Shown: one piece after another, positions 47,261-59,555 of the stretch
How positions within the stretch are numbered: the stretch's first letter is position 1
Layout: every line of letters begins with the position of its first letter
Assembly: GCA_027923505.1 (NCBI GenBank)
Contig: BROI01000031.1
Coordinates: 1-64,000, forward strand
DNA: 64,000 nucleotides
Direction of reading: 5' to 3'
Origin: Mayamaea pseudoterrestris
Taxonomy: Eukaryota
Notes under the pieces: generated by a model
What the model was told of the DNA's origin: nothing
The model's database searches: none
Seen by the model: the letters and a program-made list of their open reading frames with translations, nothing else
Program-made: the position numbers and the translations under genes

Positions 47261-49693
47261 TTATCCGCAGGTACAATTGCAAGCGCATTCCACGTCTTGA
47301 CAATCGATTTGAAGCTGCATTCCTTCAACAAATGGCGTCAAGGCTTGACACACAGATAACGGCACCGAGCCTGTTAAATCATTGAACTGCACAAATATTT
47401 CTATTGGAGCATTACCTCCCAAATTGCTGAATTGCGAAGGAATCGTTCCCGAAAGGAGGTTACTGCTAAGATCCATGACTGTAGAATTTCAGGTGTGTGA
47501 GTGACAAGGTTGGCATGCCGCGTTGCTTGCTGCTGCAATGACGTTCACGTACAGTAGCAGTCGCGCAAAGTTCCCATTTCGGTGGGAATTTCGCCCGAGA
47601 GTCCGTTGCCCCCACTGTTAAATGAGAATAGTTTAAAAGGTGTTACAAGTTAGCACAAGGGCAAAGGGCCAGCGAGGCTCGGCTTGACGTACATGTTAAA
47701 CTCGCCAACTACTGTCAACGCCCCTAATTCTGTGGGTATCGTGCCGGTCAACAAGTTTTCATGAAAATAATATGCAATCATGGACTGATTCCACATGGCA
47801 AGCTCTGTCGGAAGCGTTCCCGTGATTTGATTTATAGCCAAGGAAAAGTCTGTTGCCTTTGTCAGCTTTGCAATCTCGGTTGGAATTGTCTTTTCGTGGA
47901 GGGCAAAAGGCGCAAGGAGCAGAGTGAGCCAAACGATTCAGAGCGAACCTGTTTAAATTGCGACGACTTACCCCGTACAATCGCGTCTGCTGCTCAATTT
48001 CCAAGTAAATCATGTTCGTCAACTTTCCAATCTCTGTTGGTACCGTCGAGACCAATTTGTTCACACCCCAGTACACATATTCGAAATTTGTTAGTAAGCC
48101 CAAAGTTGTGGGAATGCTGCCGCTAAATTCATTGTATTTCAAGCCGAACTCCCGCAGCGAAGTTGCGCCACCAATCTGATTCGGAATCGAACCGTGCATC
48201 AGGTTTTCATCGAGCCGAAGGGACCGTAAGTTTGTCATGCGACCCAATATGGTTGGAATTGTGCCAGTCATTTGATTGCCATTGATTTTCCAGTGTGCCA
48301 CCTGCTCCATGGACCACAATTCATCGGCAATGCTTCCCGAAAGTTGATTGTCATAGAGTCGAATGTCATTTAGCCTTGTGAACTTTGTCATTGCTAGAGG
48401 AAACGTACCCCGCAGTTGGTTTCGGGGAAGTCGCAGATTCACCAACTGCTGCATGCTCTTACTCCAGCGCTCCATCATATTGGTGAAATTGGCTTGCAGG
48501 TTGCACTCGTAGCAGTCAAACGTGCGCAACCGCGTGAGTTGATTGAAAGTGGTTGGTATCGGTCCGGTCAACGCATTGTAGTTGAGTGAAAGAGTCGTGA
48601 GTTTCGTCAGCAAGGCGATTTCCAGCGGCAGCGTCCCCTTTAGATTGTTGGCTCCCAGTCGCAACTCCGACAAGTAGCCAGTGTCGCGACAATAGTCAAC
48701 GTAGTCACTGTAGTTCAAAACGCGATCGTTTGGATAGTTGTTGGTGTTCAGATTCGTCGAGCTAAACCAGAGACACAAGTCATCACTCGACAGCCAGCTC
48801 GTCGCGTTGGCCCAGTTGTAACCATCCGTGCTAAAGTACAAGACGCCGAGCGCGAACCGCGTCGTGAGCTCCTCCTCCGAGTACGCTTCCAAAGAAGCAT
48901 CTCGCAGCGATACAGTCGTTTTGGAATCCAAGACGAGTCGCTGCCACGCCTTTCCTTGCGGCGAGGCGGGAACAAAGTTGCTGTTTGACCATCGCGTCGT
49001 TTCGAACCACTTTGTCATTGAAGCAGCTCGACTCGCGGACGCAACGTCCGCTTGCAGAGCCTGCGTCGTGTACGCTGGCAATGAGTTGGCGACTCGGTAC
49101 AAGGTGGTGTCGTTGTTGTTCGTCCACCAGTTTGCATTGTTGATGCTGCTGGCAGTTGGCTCGTTGCGTTTGCCAATCATCACGACACTGGTGGTCACAA
49201 CAATGACAATCACCGCCACTAATATGACGACGATTATTACAAGCCGCCGTCTGTCAACGAGACAGTCGTTCTCGTCTGGAACAGGCTTGGCGCTGTAGAC
49301 GGGTTCCTCGTGCTGCGTCGCGTCTTGTGGCGGTGCCTTGCGGCGCGAGGTAACCGTCGCGGGAATGGTGGCAACGGGGAGAAAATGCTGCGTTGACACG
49401 GCTCGATTGTTAAAAGTGGTTGGAACTACTGGTTGATGGTTGGCTGCTGCTACAGATGACTCGGTAGACTGCTGCTGCATGACAGTGGGAGGAACTTGCC
49501 CATCCTGAAGCACCTTGGATCCCACCAAATCTTGAAACAAGCTGGAGGAGTCGGCTGCCGATGAAGAGACGCCCGTGGAGCTCTCTGGCGCAGTACCGCT
49601 GGTTCCTTCCTCGAGATCCGTTGCAGCAACATAATCTTGGTTGTTTTCGCTGCTGCCATTGCTCGGTTGATTTGTCTCCGATGCGGTCGACAT
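47261..49693 (-). CDS. Membrane-anchored leucine-rich-repeat protein; exons about 49693-47972, 47889-47693, 47614-47553 and 47478-47261
   Basis: TM helix LVIIVVILVAVIVIVV, LYFSTDG..W...WL....C.W cap, many LxLxxNxLxGxIPxE repeats, terminal C..C.C.C; GT-AG introns keep the frame. Confidence 0.88.
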
Positions 49694-49929
49694 GATCTTG
49701 TCGCTGAATGCTTGACTATTGAAGAATACACGATCGAGTATCTGACAACCTTTCCAATGGATCCTGCAACAGCAAGAGGTGTATCATGAGCAGAAGGCAG
49801 TTTCGATCAAGCAGGCGGCGTAATTCGGTCGTGTCAAAGAGCTTTTCATGATGTCGTTCTTCACCGGCACGCCGTCGATGGCTCACTATCGCTCAAACAG
49901 TAGTGCCAAAAACTTTGATTTTCAAACTC

Positions 49930-50054
49930 GTGACGTAATTGACACTGGCACTCGTTTCGTACTATTGCCTTTGACACTGGCACCCGTTTCGTACTACTGC
50001 CTCATGACGTAACTGACACTGGCACTCGTTTCGTACTAGTGCCTTGAGACGTCT
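49930..50054 (+). repeat. ~125-bp dispersed element, copy 2 (three TGACACTGGCAC.CGTTTCGTACTA.TGCC units with TGACGT sites)
   Basis: Same order and similar spacing as 32425-32550; followed by hairpin CACTATAA-CCGC-TTATAGTG at 50063-50082. Confidence 0.85.
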
Positions 50055-50268
50055 TGACACATCACTATAACCGCTTATAGTGGTCGAGATCAACTACAAG
50101 CGTGAAAACTAAATTACTATAGTACATACAGTAGTAACCACCGACGCACAATGGCGTCGCAAAAATCGCGCATGGTTCACACTTCACACTGCTCCGTTGC
50201 TTGTCAAAGCTACAACGACTATTAAATAATACAGAGGCAAGAAATGATTAACAGTTGAATCAGCTAGT

Positions 50269-51673
50269 ATGGAATCCTCATCGCAATTGCAGTCGCAGCA
50301 AGGTCTTCGTTCGCGTCCCCATGACGACGACTGCCATGACTCTTGTCACGACGGCAACGACGAACGGCGCTCTCAACAGCAGCAGCAACATGTCGGCGAC
50401 ACTACTGGACAAGGATCTAGTAACAGAGACTCGTTTCAAAGTGCTCTTGACAGTAGCAGCGGCTACCAAAGTCCTGGAAAGCAAGTTGCGACGACGCACG
50501 ACGACGAAACTGCACTCGCCGTCAATGCTGCTGCGCGCAAGAACCGTTTTAACATGGAGCGAAACGCGATTGTAACCATGATACCTTTAATCTCCGAGCA
50601 TGCGTCTCCGCATCGAGCCGCAAATCTTGCGTCTGTGACAGTCACGCTGCAAGATGACCAAGCTCAAGAACCGCATCATCAACAATCAGCACAGAAGCGA
50701 CGGAAACGACGTGCGCCATCACAAGCAGCCACTACCGTCAAGGGCGATCCCGTCGAGACGCCAGGCGCAAACGACATTTTATGTGGACGCGGCAAGCACA
50801 TTGCGGAACATGTGGGCTGTCTCAGGTTTCGCGCCTTGATTCGAGAACAAAAGAGCGAGTATAACGTCCATCGGTTCAAGTAAGTCAATAGTGACTTGAT
50901 GTATGTATACAGACTTGAAACGATATGACGGAAAAGATCATGCGCACTCAAAATTTGATTTATTACTCATTTTTCACAGATACGAAAAGGGAGCATTGGC
51001 GCGCCAAGTATTGGAACAAGTTGCCTCGATGGATCCGCCTGGTCGATTCCTGTCGCAAGGTTCCGACGGTCTTTGGCGCGACGTTTCCGCAACCAAGGCG
51101 CTGGAAAAGGTTAGCCAAGCGTTGCGAGAAAAAAAGTGGGATCATCCGATTGGTGCGAGTAGCAAATGTGAAACGGAAGCTGTGGATCGCAATGCTGATG
51201 CGGAGCGAAATGTAAACGGCAGCGACAAGTGTAATGCTCATCGCCGCCGCGAACGATTGCAACTCGCTCCCAACCACCCAAACTCCCACATTAGTCCGTC
51301 GGACATGCGACGTCGCGTCCGCGCTGGTGCACGCGTCTCCGTCTACGATCCGTCAACGGATACGTATAGTATGGGCGTGATACGCAAGCGACTGTCGACG
51401 CGGTTGCAGGTGGAAATGTTTCATGCTGCAAGCGGCGCACCGAACGTACGCGACGTGGACTTGAATCGCGACAAGATTCGCATTGATAGCCGCAAGCTAG
51501 TTATGAATAGTCGCAATCGAAAGGAGGATCGTGTCATGAACGACGAACGTATTGCAGATGGAGGAAGCGACGATGACGACCAGCCGCTGCCGTTGGATCA
51601 TGCATCGGAACAAATGATCGGCGGAACAGCTTGTGAATACGCACACAATAGAGCGCAAATCCAAAATACGTAA
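50269..51673 (+). CDS. DUF6824-like domain protein; exons 50269-50879 and 50980-51673
   Basis: NDILCGRG....HVG..RFR.LI...Y / PPGRFL....W......EKVSQALRE motif; GTAAG...CAG intron. Confidence 0.82.
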
Positions 51674-52149
51674 TTGAATCTGGAAGCGTCTGATATTCCC
51701 GACCATGTGAAAGTCTCGAGGGACGCCAAGAGTTGATGAATCATCGCGTAAGTGAGCATGATGGCACAGGGCGGATAATCGTTGCTTTTAAAACGAATTC
51801 AAGCAGCCTAGCATATTATACTCATTAACTGCACTAAGAACTAGTAGTTTGCGGCACTACTTTTTAATTTTAATTAGACGGCAGGCCCGACATATATCAG
51901 CACCAGAACCAAACGGAACAGCTTGTATTGGCAAATGAAGCCACAGGCTCGTCATACTTCACGATAGACAAGATCCAACTTACTGACATAATTATCTAAC
52001 ATCCGTAGTTGACGAGTTTGAAAGAGAAGAGAATCTTTGTAGGAAAGCATTCGAGCAAACTCCAGCTCCACACTGAGCGACGTTTCAACTCAGCGGAAGA
52101 TTCGTCCAAGACGATACGTGCTGTTGGTGGGCGAGCAAAATGTCCGACT

Positions 52150-53373
52150 TTATCTGCCATCGAAAGCAGTGGATACAATGGCGTAGCAGTGCATTCTTGT
52201 GTTTAACAGAGAACACGCCGACACTGTGCAGTCGTCAATAGACGACATGGCTTCCGTCAAGTATCGATCGGCCACCGGTATTCTACCATCTCGCGGAAAC
52301 CATGGCATGTCCTTTGCAACAACCATATTATTGTCTTGGCATGTGATGCAAACCACCGTCGCGACGGCCCGTTCACACTGCACCGGCACGTCCATGCACA
52401 TTGGTTGGCTCACGACTCTTCCGTAGTGCGTCAATACACTGGAACCGCCACCATCCAACGCAATCGCAAACGTCACCTGCTGCGCCAAAAGAATGTCGGC
52501 CAGCTCAGTGAGTCGCAAACCCTTGTTCCAAGGCCTTTGTTTGTCGAGTGATGTGACATGTGTGCGTGTGAGTTCTCCCATTGGAGGCCGTACAAGTGAG
52601 CGACACCATCTTCATCGTGGCATCGAATACAGTATGATAGCACAACTATTCACATTATTGCCACACTCACCAGTCTCGGCGCCATCCGCGACCACCATGA
52701 CAAGTTGGCTGTCCGCATTGACACCAATGGCGGTGCGCGGCGCCCGCAGTGCATCGTCATCACCTGACATAACAACATTCGTCGCGTTGTAGACGAGCCA
52801 TCCAAACCCCGTGACAAAGTCTTGCACGTTGAGTCGTTTCGCCTGCGCGTCATGCTGCAGTGCACCAAAAATCCAAGCATCGTGCGACTGCCCGAATCCC
52901 ACGTCGTTGACGGAAAACGAGTTGTAAAGAACGTTGCGACTCACGGTGGCACCCACCGGGCTGGCGTCAGGGTTGAATGGACCTCCGTTGCTGGCCCAGC
53001 AGCAGTGACGGGCTTGCTGCGACGTGCGCTCGCGTCGGTAGTGAACATGGTTGGTTTGCGGGTCAAGCGTGTCGTGACATGTGACTGTATTGTTGTTGCG
53101 TGAGTTGGAATCGCTACAAGTATCATTGCTGCTGCTGCTGCTGCGTCGCAAATATCTTTTCAACCTTTTGCCTTCTCTTGGCTTTGGTAGTATGATACTT
53201 ATGTTCAGTTCCGATGTTTGAAGAATATAAAAGTTTCGATGCGGAGACTCGTTGGGACGAAAGATTGTCAGATTTGTTGCCGTCTGCATCTTTGACTTTT
53301 GTATGATTTGAAGCGGAAACTCGTTGATGGCTGATGCGAGCGTCCAAGTTGACAAGATAGCAAATTTCACCAT
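52150..53373 (-). CDS. Secreted phosphodiester glycosidase (NAGPA-like); one intron near 52670 with uncertain acceptor
   Basis: Signal peptide, ASNGGPF, APRTAIGV, VVADG, GLRLTELA and ALDGGGSS motifs. Confidence 0.82.
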
Positions 53374-53866
53374 ACTATGACTCCAAAGCTGTAGCATGGT
53401 TTCCACCTTATGTACGTTGTCCTAATCGTTGAATCGTTGAAACAGAGTAGCAATCCTTCTTGCTGGTTGCCGATGTCCGATGTCCGATGTCACGTCGTTA
53501 TGCCAGCGTCAGCTTGTCAGCTTCGTTCGAGCAAATTCGCGAATACTTTCAATCTTGGCTACTATACGTCATGGTAATTATATATTCTGTACATTGCATT
53601 GAAGCTATGATTGCGTAAATCCTGATCATGTTCGCCATGGTGAGATTGGATGATGGTATGATGTCATCACGCGTCGTTTCGTTACTCACCATTGGCATTC
53701 TTACGGCACTGAAAAGACATTCTGAGTGCCGTTTTGAAATGGCGCGCCATGATCCATCATCCGTCGACGACGACTCTCGACTCTCATTCCAAGATTCGAC
53801 AATGGAGTGTACGGAACGAGGCGTTATCTGAATACATGTAGAGTAGCAAGTGAAGCAGTAATTGTC

Positions 53867-53867
<1 letters not shown>

Positions 53868-53915
<48 letters not shown>
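53868..53915. repeat. (AGC)16 microsatellite
   Basis: Pure trinucleotide run of 48 bp. Confidence 0.95.
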
Positions 53916-53916
<1 letters not shown>

Positions 53917-54300
53917 AGTAGAACATGGTGAGACGAGCAGCCATCATCAACTCCCTCGTCTCGTACATTTGCTTGCAAAATGACGTCTCCGTCGCAGCCT
54001 GCAATGTCATTCATCCGCAACAAGAATTGCAGTTGCTGCTGCTTCCCAAGAGACTAGTCAGGACGAACATGTTTCGTAATTGATTGCAAGGGGCGATAGC
54101 TCTGGCGGAAAAGGCGTCACCATGCCAAGCAATTTGACAGCACATGGAAACGGCCAAGGTGGGAGCCGCCATGCCAATTGATCGGCCCTCTTGGTGTCAC
54201 GTTCCGGCACCATCGAGAGGTATGTATGGTATATGAATAACAGCGTTGTTTTCATAATAGAATATGTACTTGAAGCTCATACATATATCGTTCGCCTTTC

Positions 54301-55353
54301 TCAATAAAATTCTATATGATCCTCGCCTAGGTCGTTTCGCACATGTGTTCCAGCATCTCTCCTCAATATCTTGTCCGCATCGTTCAACGAGCCAATCGCT
54401 CCATAGCCGCCACCACCACCGCTTTTAGCGGCAAACTCGCACACTGCGTCTACCTTTGGACCCATTGAGCCGCTTGGAAAATGACTCATGAGTGACAATA
54501 GCTTTTCAGGCGAGACTGACTTGATCCATCGTTCGTCCTTGGTCTTGTAATCGATGGCGACTGCGGAAACATCCGTCAAAATTAGTAAACCAGTGGCGTC
54601 TAAATCCAGCGCCATCATGCACGCTGCGCGATCCTTGTCAATGACAGCTTCCACACCGCGAATGGTACCATCTTTTTCTTGGACAACGGGTATGCCACCA
54701 CCTCCGGCGCAAATCACGACGCAGTCTTGTTTGGTCAAGCACTTGACGGCTTGCAGCTGACTCGGGAGCATTCGAATCGGCGGAGGCGAAGGCACTACCC
54801 GACGATAGCTGTCACCGTCTTGCTTGAATGTTCCATCCAACTTGTCTGCTTCCTCTTTGGAAAAGACGGGGCCGACAAACTTGGATGGATTGTCAAAGGC
54901 TGGATCCGATGGATCCACTATAATCTGCGACAAGACGGTCGCCATGCCGCGCGTTGGAGATATGTACTTTTGCATGGCCTGCTCCAGCAAGTATCCAATC
55001 ATGCCTTCAGTCTCGGCGTCGAGAACATCCAACTTGATAGCTTCTAGACCAGTCTCCTTCTTATAGGAGGTTGTTTCCAGGAATAGTAAACCAACCTGCG
55101 GGCCATTGCCATGAACTATTGTAACGGTGTGTTCATCGAGCAGTCCTTTGAACGATTTCATGCCCTCCTCAATGTTGCGACGCTGATTGTCCATGGTCAT
55201 TTGCTCGTTTCGCTTCAGCAAAGCGTTTCCGCCCAAAGCCACGACAATGTGCGGTTTGCTGCTTGCCGACACGAGACGACTTTGTAGTGCAACGACAACT
55301 GATCGAGCCGTCCTGCGAATTGCATACCTCTTATCAAGCAAATTGGATAGCAT
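54301..55353 (-). CDS. arcC: Carbamate kinase with an Arg/Ser-rich N-terminal extension (possible mitochondrial presequence); intronless
   Basis: [52 protein letters not shown] and GSMGPKV motifs. Confidence 0.96.
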   Translation of the reverse strand: MLSNLLDKRYAIRRTARSVVVALQSRLVSASSKPHIVVALGGNALLKRNEQMTMDNQRRNIEEGMKSFKGLLDEHTVTIVHGNGPQVGLLFLETTSYKKETGLEAIKLDVLDAETEGMIGYLLEQAMQKYISPTRGMATVLSQIIVDPSDPAFDNPSKFVGPVFSKEEADKLDGTFKQDGDSYRRVVPSPPPIRMLPSQLQAVKCLTKQDCVVICAGGGGIPVVQEKDGTIRGVEAVIDKDRAACMMALDLDATGLLILTDVSAVAIDYKTKDERWIKSVSPEKLLSLMSHFPSGSMGPKVDAVCEFAAKSGGGGGYGAIGSLNDADKILRRDAGTHVRNDLGEDHIEFY

Positions 55354-55721
55354 TTTGCGTCTGACGTTGAGTGAGGTTATCACGGTTGTCAATGATACTG
55401 AGCGAGGCTGGTATTGATACAGAGCGAGTTTGATAATGATATTAGTCGGAAGCGTCGCCTTCTACAGTTTTCTTACGCAAGGTCGAAAGCGAAGCTAGCA
55501 AACGCGAATTGCGATCGAGAAGTGAAGTGCTTCTAAACGTTCCACACGGCGATAGATACGTGACGAAAAGACTCTTTCGATCGCTCGCGAGCACTCGGAG
55601 CTCCGCCACTTTCGTCGGGTTCGCATCCGTCCCACGAGGAAGCTCTCACCGATTGGCACATAAAAACCAAAGCACCACGGCAATCATTTTTCACAAACGA
55701 AGATTATTGATCGATATCACC
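55354..55721. promoter_or_regulatory. Putative shared bidirectional promoter of arcC and the arcE-like gene
   Basis: 368 bp between the two divergent ATGs; the function is inferred from geometry only. Confidence 0.5.
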
Positions 55722-57366
55722 ATGCTGTCTTCATCTCGATTCCATGTCAAGCAGCTCGCCAAGAAGGGGCAAGACAATGTCCTCATTCTCGGCGCAGCAG
55801 GCCGCGATTTCCACGATGCCATGAGCTATTGGTTCCTTCTTCCAAACACCAAAGTCAAGGCTATAACGGCACAGCAGATTCCTGGAATCAACAAGCGAAT
55901 CTTTCCGCCGGAGCTTTGCCGTAACGACGAGAACGACAACTTGTACCCGCATGGAGTTCAGATACATCCTGAAGAGGAGTTGGAGTCGCTCATTAGCGGC
56001 ATGCAGGTGACTACTTGTGCTTTGGCGTACTCGGATCTAAAGTTTGAAACGGTTCAGGTAAGCAGGACAATTGACGCAAGATAAAAAAATTTGTGGAACA
56101 GTGATGAATCAACCCGCTCATACTATTCGCACTCTCCTTCACGTCAGTCCCTTGCTGCTCGGGTCAACGCGGCAGGAGCCAAGTTTGTCCAGTTGCCTCC
56201 CATTTTGACCATGCTTGAGTCAACCAAGCCAGTGATTGCCGTCTGTGCCAGTCGCACAGGCGTGGGCAAGTCGCAAACGACGCGCTACATTGCCAAGTAC
56301 TTGAAATCAAAGGGATTGAAAGTGGTTGCCGTTCGTCACCCCATGCCGTACGACAAGGATTTGCTTTCGCAGCGATGCCAGCGCTACGAAACATACCAGG
56401 ACATGGACAAGTACAATTGTACCATTGAAGAGCGCGAAGAGTATGATCGTCACATTGCCAGTGGCACGTTGCTCTTTGCTGGCGTCGATTATGAGATGAT
56501 TCTTCGCGAGGCCGAAAAGGAAGCGGACGGTAAGTCCTATTGGAGCGCAAGTATAACATTGCGAGAAAGATTGGGTAACTCACTCCAACATCTCTATATT
56601 ATAATATTATGTCTGCACCATTGTTTCAGTCATTATCTGGGACGGCGGCAACAATGACTCTCCATTCTATAAGCCTGACCTTCTCATTACGCTGGTGGAC
56701 TCGCTGCGCCCATTGGACGAGACTGGATACTATCCAGGCGAAACCAATGTTCGCATGGCCGACTTGATTGTGATTGCCAAGACGAATCAGTTGGATAGCT
56801 TGCAAACGGCGGTGCAGCACGAGCAAAAGCTGCGCGAAATTACGAAACCAGACATTCCCATTCTCTTTGGTGCGTCCATTGTGACACCCGAGGCGCGCGA
56901 CCCTGCCACGAACGAAGCACTTGGCGAAGAAGAAGCGACCGCCATGGTCAAGGGCAAGCGCGTCTTGGTGATTGACGACGGACCGACTCTGACGCATGGC
57001 GGCATGGCGTACGGCGCTGGCTACGTTCTCGCCAAGAATTTGGGCGCCAAGGAAATTGTTGATCCACGTCCCATCGCCAAGGGAACCTTGAAGGCCACCT
57101 TCAACAAGTTTACGCACTTGAAATCGGTCATTCCCGCCATGGGATACGGAGCGGAGCAGGTGCACGACTTACGGGAAACCATTGAGGCAGCCGACTGCGA
57201 TACGATTGTTCTTGGCACGCCCTTTGACATTAATCGCGTCATGAAGCTTGACAAGCCATTGGTGATTGCTCGCTATGAGCTCTCCATTCCTGACCACGAA
57301 GTGGTGTTGCAGGAGGCGATCAACTCGGTGTTGGATGAATTTGGACTCAGCTTTGCGGCGGCGTGA
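55722..57366 (+). CDS. arcE: COG2403-type P-loop NTPase (cPDGS-like family), probable arginine synthetase; exons 55722-56057, 56148-56529 and 56630-57366
   Basis: LILGAAGRDFH, AQQIPGI, LAYSDL, RTGVGKSQTTR (P-loop), VRHPMPY, CTIEEREEY, AGVDY, WDGGNND (restored by splicing), YYPGETNVRMAD, DDGPTLTHGGM and PAMGY motifs. Confidence 0.85.
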
Positions 57367-57701
57367 GGAAATGAAGTGAGTGCTGTGGCATGACAATACC
57401 ATGCATATCATTACAATTATAGCTTTAGAGACTTATAATTAGTACGTTACATTATATCAGTTGGTTGGTCATTTGCGCGTAAGGTAGATACATCGGTACT
57501 GTACGGCTTGCGTAGCTATTCTTGATAGCTTCGACATAACTGACACGTTAGCTAACATCGATCCGGCATTGAAAACCACGTCATCAGGCGAACTGGCATG
57601 CGTTGGAGAGCATGACCGAATGTGACCATGGCAAAGCAACCGCTGCAGGAGCCTCCATTCCCTCGCTTCAGTCTCTCGACATTAATCTTTACGAAATAAC
57701 C

Positions 57702-58316
57702 ATGTCGGAAGGTTTCAGCTCCACCTTTGATCGCTACGACGACGAATTCGTGTCACTGACGCAACAAATCGAAACATCCCTCCGCCAAGAGTCTCCGTCG
57801 CCCTACACGCTCAATTTGCTGGTGCAATGCGACGACTTGATCAAGCAAATGGCGCTGGAGGCGCGATCCAATGAAGGCTCCCTCAAGCGATCGCTGCTGG
57901 AAAAGGTTCGCTTGTGCAAGACCAAGTATCAAAGCCTCCGGGCCGAGTCGGATCGCATCAGTCTCATGGCGGCGAATCACAGTAATAGCAATCATGCATC
58001 GAGTGACACTATCGATCGCTTGCGCCGCAACGAAGACTTGCTGTCGCAGCAGTCCGACACGTTGGAGCGCGCCCGACGGACCATGGAGGAAACCGAGGCG
58101 GTCGCTTTGGAAATCACGGAGGAACTCGGACAGAACCGCGAAACGTTAATGAGCGCGCATGGACGAATTCGTCACGTGAGTGGACTGACGGGACGAGCGA
58201 GACGAGTCTTGACTAGTATGAATCAACGAGCCATGCAGCAGAGAATGATCATGTATGGCGTTGGAGTGGCGCTGGTGGTGGGGTTCTTGGCGCTGCTGTA
58301 CGGACTGTGGTCGTAG
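57702..58316 (+). CDS. VTI1: Qb-SNARE, vesicle transport v-SNARE VTI1-like
   Basis: F..Y..EF N-terminal helical region, QMALEARS, SNARE motif ETEAVALEITEELGQNRETL, C-terminal TM anchor. Confidence 0.9.
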   Translation: MSEGFSSTFDRYDDEFVSLTQQIETSLRQESPSPYTLNLLVQCDDLIKQMALEARSNEGSLKRSLLEKVRLCKTKYQSLRAESDRISLMAANHSNSNHASSDTIDRLRRNEDLLSQQSDTLERARRTMEETEAVALEITEELGQNRETLMSAHGRIRHVSGLTGRARRVLTSMNQRAMQQRMIMYGVGVALVVGFLALLYGLWS

Positions 58317-58498
58317 CTGTTTCATGCGTCTTTTACAAGACGAAATGATTGTCGATGACTTGCGCAATCTATGCGTCAACATGAGTTACAAAGTTTGGTT
58401 ATTATTCATTCTGTCTACTACCGATGTTTAGCTATGGCTGTTCATCTGTAGCTAATGATTCTGGAACAATTCGCATACGTACGCCTGCCGCCAATGAT

Positions 58499-59086
58499 TC
58501 ATATCCCATGCGTCAATGGACCAACGTTCCTTTTTCGCTTGGCTTGCTCCAGCGCCTGCTGGAGATCCGAGGGAGCCAGCGAGCTGGAACCAATCTCATC
58601 GCCAAACAATGATGAAGTCGTGCCATTGGTAGGTTTTGGTAGCGGCGATGGCGTATGGGGCCATTTCGAGCCTCCGCCATCCGAATGGAGCGACTTCATT
58701 GCATCCAAAGTGTACGCGTCGTCGTTCAAGCTGCCATTGCTCTCGTCCCTTGCTGCAAGCGGCGGGTTGCCATCGGCAGTCGAAGCAGCTGCAATCGCTT
58801 GACAAGGAATCATCGTCATCGACGACGCGATAAAAGCAAAACCGAAGAAGGACCGTCGCGAGCATTCACAAATCGATTCACAGTCAGTATATGGCTCGCT
58901 TCGTTCCGCGTTCCAATTGACGGCATTAATCCTTGCGCTGCTTGGTAGGTTTCGTGTCGAAACAAGCTGGAACGATGAAGACGATCGTAGTTGCTGCTGG
59001 TGCAGTTGACACCAGCCGAAAGCCTGCGACGCAGCTCGGAGCAACAGCCAAATGTAAAGAGTAATCTTGTAATGCAGACGGCTCAT
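58499..59086 (-). CDS. Hypothetical protein with predicted signal, plastid transit and twin-arginine lumen peptides
   Basis: Hydrophobic signal ending SQA-F, Ser/Arg-rich transit region, SRRSFF plus hydrophobic stretch and A-x-A site. Confidence 0.65.
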   Translation of the reverse strand: MSRLHYKITLYIWLLLRAASQAFGWCQLHQQQLRSSSSFQLVSTRNLPSSARINAVNWNAERSEPYTDCESICECSRRSFFGFAFIASSMTMIPCQAIAAASTADGNPPLAARDESNGSLNDDAYTLDAMKSLHSDGGGSKWPHTPSPLPKPTNGTTSSLFGDEIGSSSLAPSDLQQALEQAKRKRNVGPLTHGI

Positions 59087-59555
59087 AGGAGAGTTGCTTG
59101 GTAGGAGACCTCTCGTCTTGAACTGTAGCATAGAAACTCTTGCGATCGCAGTGCCTCCGAGATGAAGCGTTTGCTGCGCCGTGCCGACAGGAATCGCACC
59201 GGTTCTTCTACGACAACATCTCTGTGACTACGTTCAAGTTGGAGCTGTATCATAGGTAACCCAACATCACTCGTCAACTACTAGCATGTACCTGTAACTA
59301 GACAAAGCAGTCGCAGCACAATGTGCCAATGGCGACACAACAGCAGTGCTGATTCCAAAGAAGACGTGACGAATTACGCTGGATTCGTCGAGTGCTCGCG
59401 ACGATATACATCGACACTAGGATGGAGACACCATAGACACTAACAATGGTAACATATTTTTTTAACTTTATACTTTCGAAACTATTTCATAGACTGCAAC
59501 GACAGTCAAGACACTTGACACAGGGCGAGAGATACATACATACACAAGTCTCCCA

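Noticed and set aside
47650..47652. Apparent premature TAA in the LRR gene
   Set aside because: It lies in an intron at 47692-47615 (GTACGT...GCTAAC...TTTAACAG); splicing restores EFNIGGNGLSGEIP.
53549..54010. Poly-Leu ORF as a membrane protein
   Set aside because: The Leu run is just the (AGC)16 microsatellite read on the minus strand; no other coding evidence.
54301..57366. Bacterial contamination as the source of arcC and the arcE-like gene
   Set aside because: The arcE-like gene has two canonical spliceosomal introns, both genes have N-terminal extensions, and the neighbours are eukaryotic genes.
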